Below, in pieces: positions 1 to 8,313 of a stretch of DNA of 64,000 bases. Source of the stretch: Bacillota bacterium (GTDB lineage: Bacteria > Bacillota > Sulfobacillia > UBA995 > UBA9673). Position numbers and translations under genes: made by a program. Below the pieces are notes generated by a model. It searched no databases, had not been told where the DNA came from, and was given only the letters and a program-made list of their open reading frames with translations. Where the stretch lies: assembly GCA_003599345.1 (NCBI GenBank), contig QZJP01000009.1:501-64500 (forward strand). The letters are read 5' to 3'. Every line of letters starts with the position of its first letter. The first letter of the stretch is position 1.

Positions 1-95
1 ACTTCGTGTCCATGCTAGTCACCTGGCTGTCTGAGGTAGCCGCACAGGAGGCCACGGGGAAGAGGCTGGGGAAAGAGGAGAAGGCAGGAGACTAG
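1..95 (+). CDS. 3' end of an unidentified upstream CDS (partial)
   Basis: Frame open from the window edge (codons from nt 3): ..FVSMLVTWLSEVAAQEATGKRLGKEEKAGD, then TAG at 93-95. No recognisable motif. Confidence 0.25.
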   Translation, partial: FVSMLVTWLSEVAAQEATGKRLGKEEKAGD

Positions 96-182
96 GACCC
101 GGCAAAGAAAAGAAAGGGCCAAAACGTAGGTCAAACCGCGTGGCCCTGCCCTCCAAGGGGTCAACGTGAGAGGTGACCGTGT

Positions 183-530
183 ATCCGCGTTCTAAACTTC
201 TACAGCTCGGTCTATCACGGGAACATCCTCACCCGGAAGAAGTGCTGCACCATAAGACTGGGTGACAAGACCGGGAAATACCACGAGGGCGACGTCGTCC
301 TGGTCACCTACGGCAACCGGTTCGAGCCCAGGCGGGAGCTCTTCCGTGCCGTGCTTGACCTGGTCGAGGTCAAGGCGGTCTCCGAGCTCTCCGCGCGCGA
401 CATCGCTGGGGAGAGCCCGGACATGAAGGGGACCGACGACGTTCTCGCTTTCCTTCAGAAGATTTACGGCCACGCCATAGACGAGGACGAGAAGGTCACG
501 GTCATCTACTTCTCCGAGATAACCGACTGA
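183..530 (+). CDS. ASCH domain-containing protein (PUA-like fold)
   Basis: ORF open from 177 to TGA 528-530 reads ..IRVLNFYSSVYHGNILTRKKCCTIRLGDKTGKYHEGDVVLVTYGN..VTVIYFSEITD, an ASCH-like pattern. It is absent from the ORF track because the first canonical in-frame start is GTG 351. SD AGAGGTGA at 169-176 points to ATC 183 or to a 1-nt indel after GTG 179. Confidence 0.55.
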   Translation: MRVLNFYSSVYHGNILTRKKCCTIRLGDKTGKYHEGDVVLVTYGNRFEPRRELFRAVLDLVEVKAVSELSARDIAGESPDMKGTDDVLAFLQKIYGHAIDEDEKVTVIYFSEITD

Positions 531-534
531 CGGG

Positions 535-1134
535 GTGACCCCGAAAGACACACTTTCCAAGGGTGACCTCAGGCGGAAGTACCTTACCCTGAGAGGCGCT
601 CTCGGAGCCCAGGCCGAGAGCCTGGGGCTGGCCGCCCAGACCCGTCTCACGGAGCATCCGGTCTTTGCCGGCGCGTCCTGCCTGATGGTCTACCTTCCGT
701 TCCGGGGCGAGGTCCCGACGGACGAGATAGTGAGGACAGCCCTCACCGCGGGCAAGACCGTCACCGCCCCCGTGACTTCGAAACCCGAGCGGCGCCTCGT
801 ACCATACCGGTTCGGCGGCCGGGCGGGCGAGCTGAGGGAAGGCGCCTACGGCATACTCGAGCCTGATCCCGCCCGGTGCGAGCCCTTCCCCGCGAAGGAA
901 CTCGATCTGGTCGTAGTTCCGGGTGTGGCTTTCGACGCGGTGGGGGGGCGGCTCGGGTACGGAGGGGGATACTACGACCGCTTCCTCGCCCTCGAGGCTT
1001 TCCGCGCCGCGCGGGCGGCCCTTGCTTTCGACGTGCAGGTGTCTAAAGTCCCCCTTCCCCGGGGGCTCCGGGACCAACTGATGGACTACGTTTTCACCGA
1101 GGACAGACTCATCGACTGCCTTGGCGGGAGGTGA
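535..1134 (+). CDS. 5-formyltetrahydrofolate cyclo-ligase
   Basis: 199 aa. Family hallmarks: ..MVYLPFRGEVPTDEIV.., ..YGILEP.., ..DLVVVPGVAFDAVGGRLGYGGGYYDRFL. Confidence 0.85.
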   Translation: MTPKDTLSKGDLRRKYLTLRGALGAQAESLGLAAQTRLTEHPVFAGASCLMVYLPFRGEVPTDEIVRTALTAGKTVTAPVTSKPERRLVPYRFGGRAGELREGAYGILEPDPARCEPFPAKELDLVVVPGVAFDAVGGRLGYGGGYYDRFLALEAFRAARAALAFDVQVSKVPLPRGLRDQLMDYVFTEDRLIDCLGGR

Positions 1135-2504
1135 TGACCGTGGCCGAGAGCGGCCTGGTCGCGGTGCTCGACTACATAAGGGCCAACCACGAGCGTTTCG
1201 TGTCCGAGCTCTCGGACCTCTGTGCCATGGAGAGCGTGTCGGCCTGGGGACGGAGTCTCGAGCAGACGGCGGAGGCGGTGGGCCAAAGCCTCGAACGAGC
1301 GGGAGCCAAGGTCTCCATCGTCAAGACCTCGGGCCAGCCCATCGTGGTGGGCAAGGCCGAGGGCGGCTCCGATCGGACCATTGTTTTCTATGATCACTAC
1401 GATGTCCAGCCTCCAGACCCACTGGAGCAGTGGACGGCGCCGCCGTTCGAGCCGGCTGTCCGCGACGGGTGCCTGTTCGCCCGGGGAACGGCCGACAACA
1501 AGGGGAACCTCATGGCCCGCGTCCAGGCGGTGGAAGCCTGGAACCGCGCCGGGGGAGGCCTGCCGATCAGTGTGGTGTTCATCGTGGAAGGCGAGGAGGA
1601 GACCGGCAGTCCCCACCTCGAGGAGTTCACCCGCGAGAACGCGGCGTGGCTCGGGCGGGCGGATGGAGTCATCTGGGAGGCGGGCTACCGGGACGTCACG
1701 GGCAGGCCCACCGTCTCCCTCGGGGTGAAGGGCATCTGCTACTTGGAACTTACCGCCCGCGGCGCGTCAAGCGACCTTCACTCGTCGATGGCGACCCTTG
1801 TCCCAAACCCGGCCTGGCGCCTCACCTGGGCTCTGGCCACAATCAAGGACAAAGACGAGCGCATCCTGGTGGAGGGCTTTTACGACGCGGTGCGCGATCC
1901 GACAAGAGAAGACCTGGCGCTTCTGGAAACCATACCCGACAACTCCGCCGAGACGGCGAGCCGGCTCGGGCTGGAGGGGCTCTTGCTCAGACTCACGGGG
2001 CACCAGGCCAACCTGCGGAACTTCTTCCAGCCCACGGCTACGATTTGCGGTCTCCTATCGGGCTACACGGGTAAGGGGGAGAAGACGGTCCTGCCGTCCA
2101 CCGCCATGGCCAAAGTCGATTTCCGCCTGGTTGCCGACCAGGACCCCGCCGACATAGAGAGCAAGGTGAGGGCGCACCTGGCTCGCCAAGGTTTCGACGA
2201 CATCGAGGTCAGGGCCTTCGCCGGGGAACGGCCCGCCCGCACCGACCCGAAGTCGCCTTTGGTGGGTGTGATCCGCCGCGCGATGAGTCGCGTCTACGAA
2301 CAAGAGCCTGTGGTATACCCGACGATGACCGGGTCTGGTCCCATGCCGCTCTTCACCGACCTCGGCCTACCCGTGGCCGGCTTCGGCGTGGGCCACGCGG
2401 GGTCCAGGGTACACGCGCCGGACGAGAACATCTCCCTTGAAGACTACCGGCTGGGCACCGAGTTGGTGGCGGCCCTTCTGGACGGGGACTCGTGGGCCGG
2501 CTAG
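1131..2504 (+). CDS. M20 family metallopeptidase (dipeptidase/deacylase-like)
   Basis: 457 aa. YDHYDVQP..WTAPPFEP..DGCLFARGTADNKGNL and VEGEEETGSP metal-binding motifs. Start overlaps the upstream stop (GTGATGA). Confidence 0.8.
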   Translation: MMTVAESGLVAVLDYIRANHERFVSELSDLCAMESVSAWGRSLEQTAEAVGQSLERAGAKVSIVKTSGQPIVVGKAEGGSDRTIVFYDHYDVQPPDPLEQWTAPPFEPAVRDGCLFARGTADNKGNLMARVQAVEAWNRAGGGLPISVVFIVEGEEETGSPHLEEFTRENAAWLGRADGVIWEAGYRDVTGRPTVSLGVKGICYLELTARGASSDLHSSMATLVPNPAWRLTWALATIKDKDERILVEGFYDAVRDPTREDLALLETIPDNSAETASRLGLEGLLLRLTGHQANLRNFFQPTATICGLLSGYTGKGEKTVLPSTAMAKVDFRLVADQDPADIESKVRAHLARQGFDDIEVRAFAGERPARTDPKSPLVGVIRRAMSRVYEQEPVVYPTMTGSGPMPLFTDLGLPVAGFGVGHAGSRVHAPDENISLEDYRLGTELVAALLDGDSWAG

Positions 2505-3229
2505 AGCCGCTCAGAGGCATAAAGGCCGTCACCTTCGACGTGGGCAACACCCTCTTCCCGTTCAGGCGGCGTGAGATGGACGCTCTCCTCGACGCGTTCA
2601 TCGCGTTCGTCGAAAGCCGCATCGGCCCTTGCGACCGGGAGCGCCTCGCGGAGCGTTACGACTCCGTGAGGCTGGGGCAGTACCGCGTCAACCTTCCGCG
2701 ACTCAGAGAGAACGATCTCATCGAAAGGCTGAAGCTCACCCTGGAGACAGTGACCGAAGATGTCACACCCGAGATGCTCGGTGAGGCCGCGGAGGCGTAC
2801 ATCGAGGCTCTCGCCGGGGCCTTGCCGCTTCCACCCGGGCTCCCGGCACTCCTGGCCACCCTCAAGAGCCGCTTTCGCCTCGGCGTGATATCCAACTACC
2901 TCTACTCGCCCGGCACCCGGTACCTCCTGGAGTCAAAGGGCATCGCGTCGTTCTTCGACTGCGTCATCGTCTCCGCGGATTGGGCGTTCATTAAACCGCA
3001 CCCCCTGCTCTTCAGGCAGGCCGCTCGGGGCCTCGGGGTCCCGGTGACCAAGATCCTTCACGTGGGCGACGACTGGGAGGCTGACATCATTGGAGCAACG
3101 GAAGCCGGCGCCAGGTGCGTCCTCTTCACCGGCTTCCGGGACGAGCCCGACCCAGCCCGTGGCGACCCCAGGGGACATCCTGAAGCGGTGCTGGACGCGC
3201 TCGAGGACCTGCTCCGTCTAGTCGGCTAA
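2492..3229 (+). CDS. HAD-superfamily hydrolase
   Basis: 245 aa. Motif I FDVGNTL, motif II ISN, motif III/IV ..HVGDDWEADIIGATEAGA. Confidence 0.75.
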   Translation: MGRLEPLRGIKAVTFDVGNTLFPFRRREMDALLDAFIAFVESRIGPCDRERLAERYDSVRLGQYRVNLPRLRENDLIERLKLTLETVTEDVTPEMLGEAAEAYIEALAGALPLPPGLPALLATLKSRFRLGVISNYLYSPGTRYLLESKGIASFFDCVIVSADWAFIKPHPLLFRQAARGLGVPVTKILHVGDDWEADIIGATEAGARCVLFTGFRDEPDPARGDPRGHPEAVLDALEDLLRLVG

Positions 3230-3468
3230 CCCGTAGCCGGCAGTGCCCCGCAATGACTTTAGTTGGCAATTAATGGCCCTATTGCCACGTGGGACCAGAG
3301 GCCACTCTCCGGGTTACTTCGCAGCTAGAAGGCGCTCCGGCAATGCGCTCGTTCACCAAAGCCTCCAACAAGTTACTAGCATGGGGTCTTGGCGCGCTGA
3401 AAAACCTAAACACGCGACTAGATGGGGCAAGAACGAACACGCTCGGAACCAGGAGGAGGTGAGAAAGA

Positions 3469-3783
3469 GTGGGTCAAGGTCAAAGGTCCAACCGCATCCT
3501 GGTGAGGGGAGCGGAGCATGCCCTAGACCAGTTCAAGTACGAAATCGCACGGGAGATTGGTCTTACCCCCCCGCCGGACGGGTACTGGGGTGAGTACCCG
3601 ACCCGCCAGTGCGGAGCAATGGGAGGTCACATGGTCCGCCGCATGATCCAGGACGCTGAACTGCGTCTTGCGGGCGGCGGTGGTCTGACCAACGTCGGAG
3701 GTTTCACCGGCGGAGGTTACGTCGGTGGCGGCTTCGGCGGAGGTTTTGCGGGCGGCGGCGTCGGTGGGTACACCACCCGGTAG
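3469..3783 (+). CDS. Alpha/beta-type small acid-soluble spore protein with glycine-rich C-terminal tail
   Basis: 104 aa, GTG start after SD GGAGGAGGTGA. ..ILVRGAEHALDQFKYEIAREIG..CGAMGGHMVRRMIQ matches the SASP DNA-binding core and the GPR cleavage context YE/IA. The last ~40 aa are GGGGLTNVGGFTGGGYVGGGFGGGFAGGGVGGYTTR. Confidence 0.85.
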   Translation: MGQGQRSNRILVRGAEHALDQFKYEIAREIGLTPPPDGYWGEYPTRQCGAMGGHMVRRMIQDAELRLAGGGGLTNVGGFTGGGYVGGGFGGGFAGGGVGGYTTR

Positions 3784-3825
3784 CTACAGCCCAGTCAGGT
3801 AACCTACAACTGAATAGGCAGTCAG

Positions 3826-3851
3826 GGAGCGGCTGTATATCCAGCCGCTCC
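3826..3851 (+). terminator. Stem-loop after first ssp gene
   Basis: GGAGCGGCTG (3826-3835) pairs perfectly with CAGCCGCTCC (3842-3851) around loop TATATC. Only a weak T tract follows (GTCGTT). Confidence 0.55.
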
Positions 3852-3962
3852 GTCGTTGAAGGGGAAATGACCAGGTAAATCTTCAAAATCGAGCCTTGGG
3901 AGCGGGCCTGAGAAAAGGTTTAATAGGGAACCGAAACTGCGCCAAGGAGAGGAGGTGACGTA

Positions 3963-4208
3963 ATGGGTCAGGGTCAGAGGTCCAACCGGATCCTCGTCCG
4001 GGGAGCCGAGGCCGCGCTCGATCAGTTCAAGTATGAGGTCGCGCGTGAAATCGGTCTTCAGCCACCGGCCGATGGCTACTGGGGTGAGTACCCGGCCCGC
4101 CAGTGCGGAGCGATGGGCGGACACATGGTCCGGCGCATGATCCAGGACGCCGAATCGCGGCTTGCCGGCGGTGCTGGCCTGCGGACGACCGGGGGAACCA
4201 CCGTCTAA
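3963..4208 (+). CDS. Alpha/beta-type small acid-soluble spore protein
   Basis: 81 aa, ATG after SD GGAGAGGAGGTGA. MGQGQRSNRILVRGAEAALDQFKYEVAREIG..CGAMGGHMVRRMIQ, a paralogue of 3469-3783 without the long Gly tail. Confidence 0.9.
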   Translation: MGQGQRSNRILVRGAEAALDQFKYEVAREIGLQPPADGYWGEYPARQCGAMGGHMVRRMIQDAESRLAGGAGLRTTGGTTV

Positions 4209-4237
4209 ACTGGCCGTCCCAGCGGCCTAGCGGAACA

Positions 4238-4268
4238 GGGGAGCGGCTCTCACGGAGAGCCGCTCCCC
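4238..4268. terminator. Strong hairpin between convergent genes (likely bidirectional terminator)
   Basis: GGGGAGCGGCTCT (4238-4250) pairs with AGAGCCGCTCCCC (4256-4268), followed by TATTGTT on the + strand. It lies between the ssp stop (4208) and the minus-strand stop (4321). Confidence 0.7.
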
Positions 4269-4320
4269 TATTGTTGCCTGGCAGTGACAAGGTATGCGGA
4301 AGCGACCTGATTTGGCAAAG

Positions 4321-5190
4321 CTACTTGGCTCCCTGCCTGGAGGCGACGTCGCCGAGTCTCTTGCCCAGTTCGTCCCATTCCGCCGCTATCTCTGGAGGCA
4401 CGTCGCGGCGCGAACGCTTGGACATCCCAGACGCCAGGAGGTACATCTGCGCCAGCCAGTACCCCCGGAAGGCCACATTGTAGTTGATCCATACCTCGAG
4501 TTTGGTGGTGATGTTCACCTGAGGGGAGCGGACGGGTACTCTCAGCCACCCGGAGGTCACGCGCCTGGACCTCCACGTAAAAGCGGGATCTTCGGGGTTC
4601 TTGAACGTGAGGACCAGAGCCCCCCGGTACGGGCCCCTGGGAGGCTTGCGACGGCGGAAGTGGTACTCGAGTTCCTGACGGTCCGCGCCGTAACGGAGGG
4701 CCTCTTTCATGATGAGTTCCGGGGTCATCTCCCGGTTACGGCTGATATAGGGAATCATGAAGTAGATTTCTATCTCGTCTCCGAGGAAGACGTCGTCGCG
4801 CCGCATCTCGGTCAGATACGGAAAGATGCCCCTAAGAATGTCCCCGACCGCCGCGGACGGATAGCCGCGCTGCATGAGGCGGAGGAAAACCTCTTCCCAA
4901 TCCTCCACTCCCAGCTGCTCCGGGGAGAGGTCCGTGATGCGGAAGTGGTCCGGCCAGGTCTCTGTGACGTGCTCGAGAGCTTTGGCTAGACCGGCATAGC
5001 GCCGGCGCACCGTACCGTCGAACCAGTTTGCCGCTAGGAAGACCTCGAGTTGGCTGAACGAGGGGACCTGGACGTGCAGGCGGTTGACAACACAGGGGCT
5101 GGACATGAACGATTCGATGAAATCGGGGACATCCCAGGCGGTGCTCACAACCTCGCCGAAGTAGCGGGGGACTCTCGAGCCTTCGGGCAT
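4321..5190 (-). CDS. Hypothetical protein (no family recognised)
   Basis: 289-aa ORF with a strong SD (GGGAGGTGGGCTG then ATG on the minus strand). Visibly less GC-rich than its neighbours. No motif I can name. Confidence 0.6.
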   Translation of the reverse strand: MPEGSRVPRYFGEVVSTAWDVPDFIESFMSSPCVVNRLHVQVPSFSQLEVFLAANWFDGTVRRRYAGLAKALEHVTETWPDHFRITDLSPEQLGVEDWEEVFLRLMQRGYPSAAVGDILRGIFPYLTEMRRDDVFLGDEIEIYFMIPYISRNREMTPELIMKEALRYGADRQELEYHFRRRKPPRGPYRGALVLTFKNPEDPAFTWRSRRVTSGWLRVPVRSPQVNITTKLEVWINYNVAFRGYWLAQMYLLASGMSKRSRRDVPPEIAAEWDELGKRLGDVASRQGAK

Positions 5191-5285
5191 CAGCCCACCT
5201 CCCAGCAGAAAGGGTACATAGCGCCAAGCCGGTTTGTCAAGGCAACCCCAGGCGGGAAAGACTAGGCCGGTGGAGGTGTCCTTGC

Positions 5286-5741
5286 TTGGGGCGCATGGCC
5301 CTGGCCATCCTGGCTGCCGCGATTAGCGGCGTTGCCATGGCTTTCCAAGGAGCATTCAACGCCGCCCTCGGCAAGCGAGTGGGACTCCTCGGCACCAGTG
5401 TCGCCGTTCACGTTACCGGGGCAACTCTCACGGCCGCGGTCATCGCCACGTTCTTTCTCTTTGGCCGGCGAGCATGGCCGGGCGCTCCTGACCTCTCGGG
5501 GATCCCGTGGTACGCCTACGCCGGCGGGGTTTTGAGCGTGCTCATCATCTCGGGTGTGGCCTTCGCCTTTCCGGTGACCGGCGCCGGTCTCGGGGTATCC
5601 ACTATCGTCACGGCCCAGCTGGCGGCCGCCGTTGTTCTGGACCATTTCGCGCTGTTCGGGATGGAAAGAAACCCAGCGACAGGATTGCGCATTCTGGGCG
5701 TGATCCTCCTCGTCGTCGGCACACGCCTGGTCGCCAGGTAG
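5286..5741 (+). CDS. DMT-superfamily transporter, YdcZ/DUF606-like
   Basis: 151 aa with about five hydrophobic helices. ..AFQGAFNAALGKRVG.., ..TIVTAQLAAAVVLDHFALFG.. is typical of DUF606. The start may be ATG 5295. Confidence 0.7.
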   Translation: MGRMALAILAAAISGVAMAFQGAFNAALGKRVGLLGTSVAVHVTGATLTAAVIATFFLFGRRAWPGAPDLSGIPWYAYAGGVLSVLIISGVAFAFPVTGAGLGVSTIVTAQLAAAVVLDHFALFGMERNPATGLRILGVILLVVGTRLVAR

Positions 5742-5857
5742 GACGGCCCCCGCGTTCCGGCCCGTCACCAACTCATCTCTCTCTGCTACTTCGACACGGT
5801 TTGGCACACTCCCCAGCCGTATTTCGAGGGCCTGCGCCAAGGTCTTTGCTTTCGGGG

Positions 5858-5886
5858 TTGCAGGAACCTGGAAGGCATAGTAGAAT
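5858..5886 (+). promoter_or_regulatory. Sigma-A type promoter of the mraZ/dcw operon
   Basis: TTGCAG (5858-5863), 17-nt spacer, TAGAAT (5881-5886). Confidence 0.6.
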
Positions 5887-5895
5887 GAGGTCGCG

Positions 5896-5920
5896 GTGGG
5901 CTGTAGTGGGATGGAGTGGG
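5896..5920 (+). promoter_or_regulatory. MraZ operator: three GTGGG direct repeats at 10-bp phasing
   Basis: GTGGG at 5896-5900, 5906-5910 and 5916-5920 (tcgcgGTGGGctgtaGTGGGatggaGTGGG), just downstream of the -10. This matches the described MraZ box architecture (GTGGG/TGGGN repeats with 5-nt spacers). A degenerate fourth copy, TGAGG, sits at 5886-5890. Confidence 0.65.
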
Positions 5921-6361
5921 ACAAAGACGAGCCTCTACGGTAGGCACACCCACGCCATAGACGCAAAGGGCCGGGTCAGCCTGCCGGCCAAGTTCCGGGC
6001 CGAGCTGGGCGAGAGGGTCGTTGTTTCCGAGGGTTTCGACCGGTGTCTCTACGTCCATGCGGTCGAGAACTTCGAGGCCCTGGTCGAGAAGCTCAACACA
6101 TTGTCCCTCGGTAAGAAGGAAGCGCGCGACCTCACGCGCGGACTTCTCAGCGGGGCGCACGACGCCGAGGTGGATACGCACGGCCGTATCCTCCTCCCGC
6201 CGGATCTCAGGGAATACGCGGGCCTCGAGCGAGAGGTGGTCATCGTGGGGGTGTCTACTCGCGTCGAGATCTGGGACCGGCAGGCGTACGAGGAGTTCCA
6301 CAGACGCGTCAAGGATGAGCTTGACAGTATCGGGGAGCGACTGGTCGACGCGGGCTTGTAA
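5906..6361 (+). CDS. mraZ: Transcriptional regulator MraZ
   Basis: ..HAIDAKGRVSLPAKFR.. and the second ..EVDTHGRILLPPDLREYAG.. SpoVT/AbrB-like repeats. GTG 5906 is the only canonical in-frame start near the conserved N-terminus. Confidence 0.85.
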   Translation: MGWSGTKTSLYGRHTHAIDAKGRVSLPAKFRAELGERVVVSEGFDRCLYVHAVENFEALVEKLNTLSLGKKEARDLTRGLLSGAHDAEVDTHGRILLPPDLREYAGLEREVVIVGVSTRVEIWDRQAYEEFHRRVKDELDSIGERLVDAGL

Positions 6362-6554
6362 CGCCGACCGCCCGCTCCCGCTGCAGTCCGGGGCTAGGCC
6401 CAAGTTACTTGACAACCTTTGGAGTCGGGAGTACCCCGCTCCTGGCTCGAAGTTGCTGCTCCCCGATGCGTGGCAAGGGGCCGTCCGGAAACCGGAAGGT
6501 CATGCCTGGCCACGCCCCTTTTAGAGCAAGCTGTTGCCCGGGAGGGCGAACGGC

Positions 6555-7505
6555 ATGACATACGGGCACCGGCCGGTGATGCTCGACGAAGTTGCGCGGC
6601 TCATCGACGCCGGGCCCGGCGCGACCTACGTCGACGCCACCGTGGGGTACGGCGGACACGCCGAGAGGTTGGCGGAGCTGGCCGGCCTCTCCGGCCGGGT
6701 CATCGGCATCGACAGAGACGCCCAGGCCTTGGAGGCGGCTCGCCGGCGGCTCTCCGGGTTCGGAGGCGTGGTGACCCTGGTGCGCCGCCGGTTCTCGGAG
6801 ATCGACGCGGTGGCCCGCGAAGAGGGCGTCACCAGGGTCGACGGGGTTCTGTTCGACCTGGGCGTATCGTCGCCCCAGCTTAGCAGCGACGAACGCGGCT
6901 TCTCTTTCCGCGGCTCATCGCGGCTGGACATGCGAATGGACCCGAGTCAGGGCCCTACCGCGGGTGAGCTTGTCAACGAGTTGGATGAAGCCGAGTTGAG
7001 CCGCATCCTCCGTGAGTTCGGGGAGGAGAAGTGGGCTTCCCGCATAGCCAGTTTCATCGTGGAGGCCCGCCGGCGCGAGGTCATTGACAGCACCGAGAGA
7101 CTCGTTGAGATTATCAAGGCCGCGGTTCCGGCGTCGGCGCGGCGAGGTGACCAGCACCCCGGTCGCCGGGTCTTCCAGGCCCTGCGCATCGCGGTAAACG
7201 ATGAGTTGAGCGAACTTCGGACCGCGCTGGAGAAGGTCCCGAAGCTCTTGCGGGGCGGAGGGCGCGTGGTGGTCATCTCGTACCACTCGCTCGAGGACCG
7301 CATCGTCAAAAGCGGGTTTCGCCAGGCGGAGCGCGGCTGCCGGTGCCCGCCCGACTTCCCGGAATGCCGGTGTGGCGGTAGGCCCACGCTGCGGGTGCTC
7401 ACGAAACGGCCGGTCGTGCCGGAGCCGTCGGAAGTCGCCGGGAACCCGAGGGCGCGGAGCGCCAGACTTAGGGCGGCCGAGAAAGTCGAAGTTGAGGGGC
7501 CATAG
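6555..7505 (+). CDS. rsmH: 16S rRNA (cytosine1402-N4)-methyltransferase RsmH
   Basis: HRPVMLDEV.., DATVGYGGHA.., DLGVSSPQL.., SYHSLEDRIVK motifs. ATG 6555 follows SD GGGAGGG. Confidence 0.9.
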   Translation: MTYGHRPVMLDEVARLIDAGPGATYVDATVGYGGHAERLAELAGLSGRVIGIDRDAQALEAARRRLSGFGGVVTLVRRRFSEIDAVAREEGVTRVDGVLFDLGVSSPQLSSDERGFSFRGSSRLDMRMDPSQGPTAGELVNELDEAELSRILREFGEEKWASRIASFIVEARRREVIDSTERLVEIIKAAVPASARRGDQHPGRRVFQALRIAVNDELSELRTALEKVPKLLRGGGRVVVISYHSLEDRIVKSGFRQAERGCRCPPDFPECRCGGRPTLRVLTKRPVVPEPSEVAGNPRARSARLRAAEKVEVEGP

Positions 7506-7539
7506 CCCGGACGTTCCCGGGGCATTGCCCTGAGAGGCG

Positions 7540-8271
7540 GTGAATACCGTGTTGAAGGTCACGTCGCCACGCGCGGCCGGCCAGTCCAGGCGGCATGTGT
7601 CGCCGGACGGCCCGCGCAGCCGCTGGGGTCGGGGGCTGACCCCGTACAGAGCGACCGGCAAGGTCGCGAGGACGGGACAGGTCGCGTTTCCCGCCGTCAA
7701 GCTGGGAATTGGGCCAAGGCCTGTGCCCGCGCAGCTTGCGGTGGCCGCCGCGGGGCATCGCGCGGGGTCGGACGGTGACGAGCGCCGCCGGGTCGGATTG
7801 AGGTCGTACTTGATTTACCTAGCAGTCGCGTTCCTCCTGGCAATGGCCCTGTCCTGGAGCTACGCGGCGACAGCGACTCTAGGCTACCGCATCGACGAGC
7901 TGAAGAACGAGATCGCCTCGCTCGAGAGCGAGCGGGAGAGGCTCACTTACGAACTTGCCGCCTGCCGCTCGATGGCTAACATCGAGCGGCAGGCGACGAC
8001 CCGGCTGGGGATGGTCCGCCCGGAATACGTTCGGGCCGGTTCGGTTGCCGCTGCCGTCGATCCGGTCGGTTCGGGCACTGCCGGTGACCGCGAGAGCTCA
8101 GTGGCACGCGTGATCCGCCTCACCTCCGCGGGCAGCGCCCGAGGCCAGCAAGAGTTGGCCCTGGCTGCGGTGGGAACAAGCGGCGGTCGCGGCGCCCTGG
8201 GTTCGTTGTGGGACCGGTTCTTCCGTTGGCTCACGGGCACCTCACAGGCCGACAACCTCGGCTGGCAGTAG
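7540..8271 (+). CDS. ftsL: Cell division protein FtsL (start uncertain)
   Basis: Single TM LIYLAVAFLLAMALSWSY followed by coiled coil YRIDELKNEIASLESERERLTYELA. Sits between rsmH and the PBP gene. Has long low-complexity N- and C-terminal extensions. Confidence 0.65.
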   Translation: MNTVLKVTSPRAAGQSRRHVSPDGPRSRWGRGLTPYRATGKVARTGQVAFPAVKLGIGPRPVPAQLAVAAAGHRAGSDGDERRRVGLRSYLIYLAVAFLLAMALSWSYAATATLGYRIDELKNEIASLESERERLTYELAACRSMANIERQATTRLGMVRPEYVRAGSVAAAVDPVGSGTAGDRESSVARVIRLTSAGSARGQQELALAAVGTSGGRGALGSLWDRFFRWLTGTSQADNLGWQ

Positions 8272-8313
8272 CGGGTCCGGTTTCCGGGCGCACTCCGAAG
8301 GCGGGGATTTGGC

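Larger units (their letters stand above)
3379..4268 (+). repeat. Tandem duplication of an ssp transcription unit (upstream block, CDS, terminator)
   Basis: The two SASP CDSs align by eye at roughly 80% nucleotide identity over the first ~200 nt. Upstream blocks share CTTGG..GCG..CTGA.AAAA..TAA, and both terminator stems share the core GGAGCGGCT. Confidence 0.6.

Noticed and set aside
3263-3287. Inverted repeat TTGGCAAT-N10-ATTGCCA downstream of the HAD gene.
   Set aside because: With 7-bp arms it is too short to distinguish from chance. There is no associated promoter or second copy.
3243-3593. 116-aa ORF spanning the region upstream of, and into, the first SASP gene.
   Set aside because: It overlaps the clearly recognisable SASP frame and its SD. 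It has no SD of its own and no recognisable motif.
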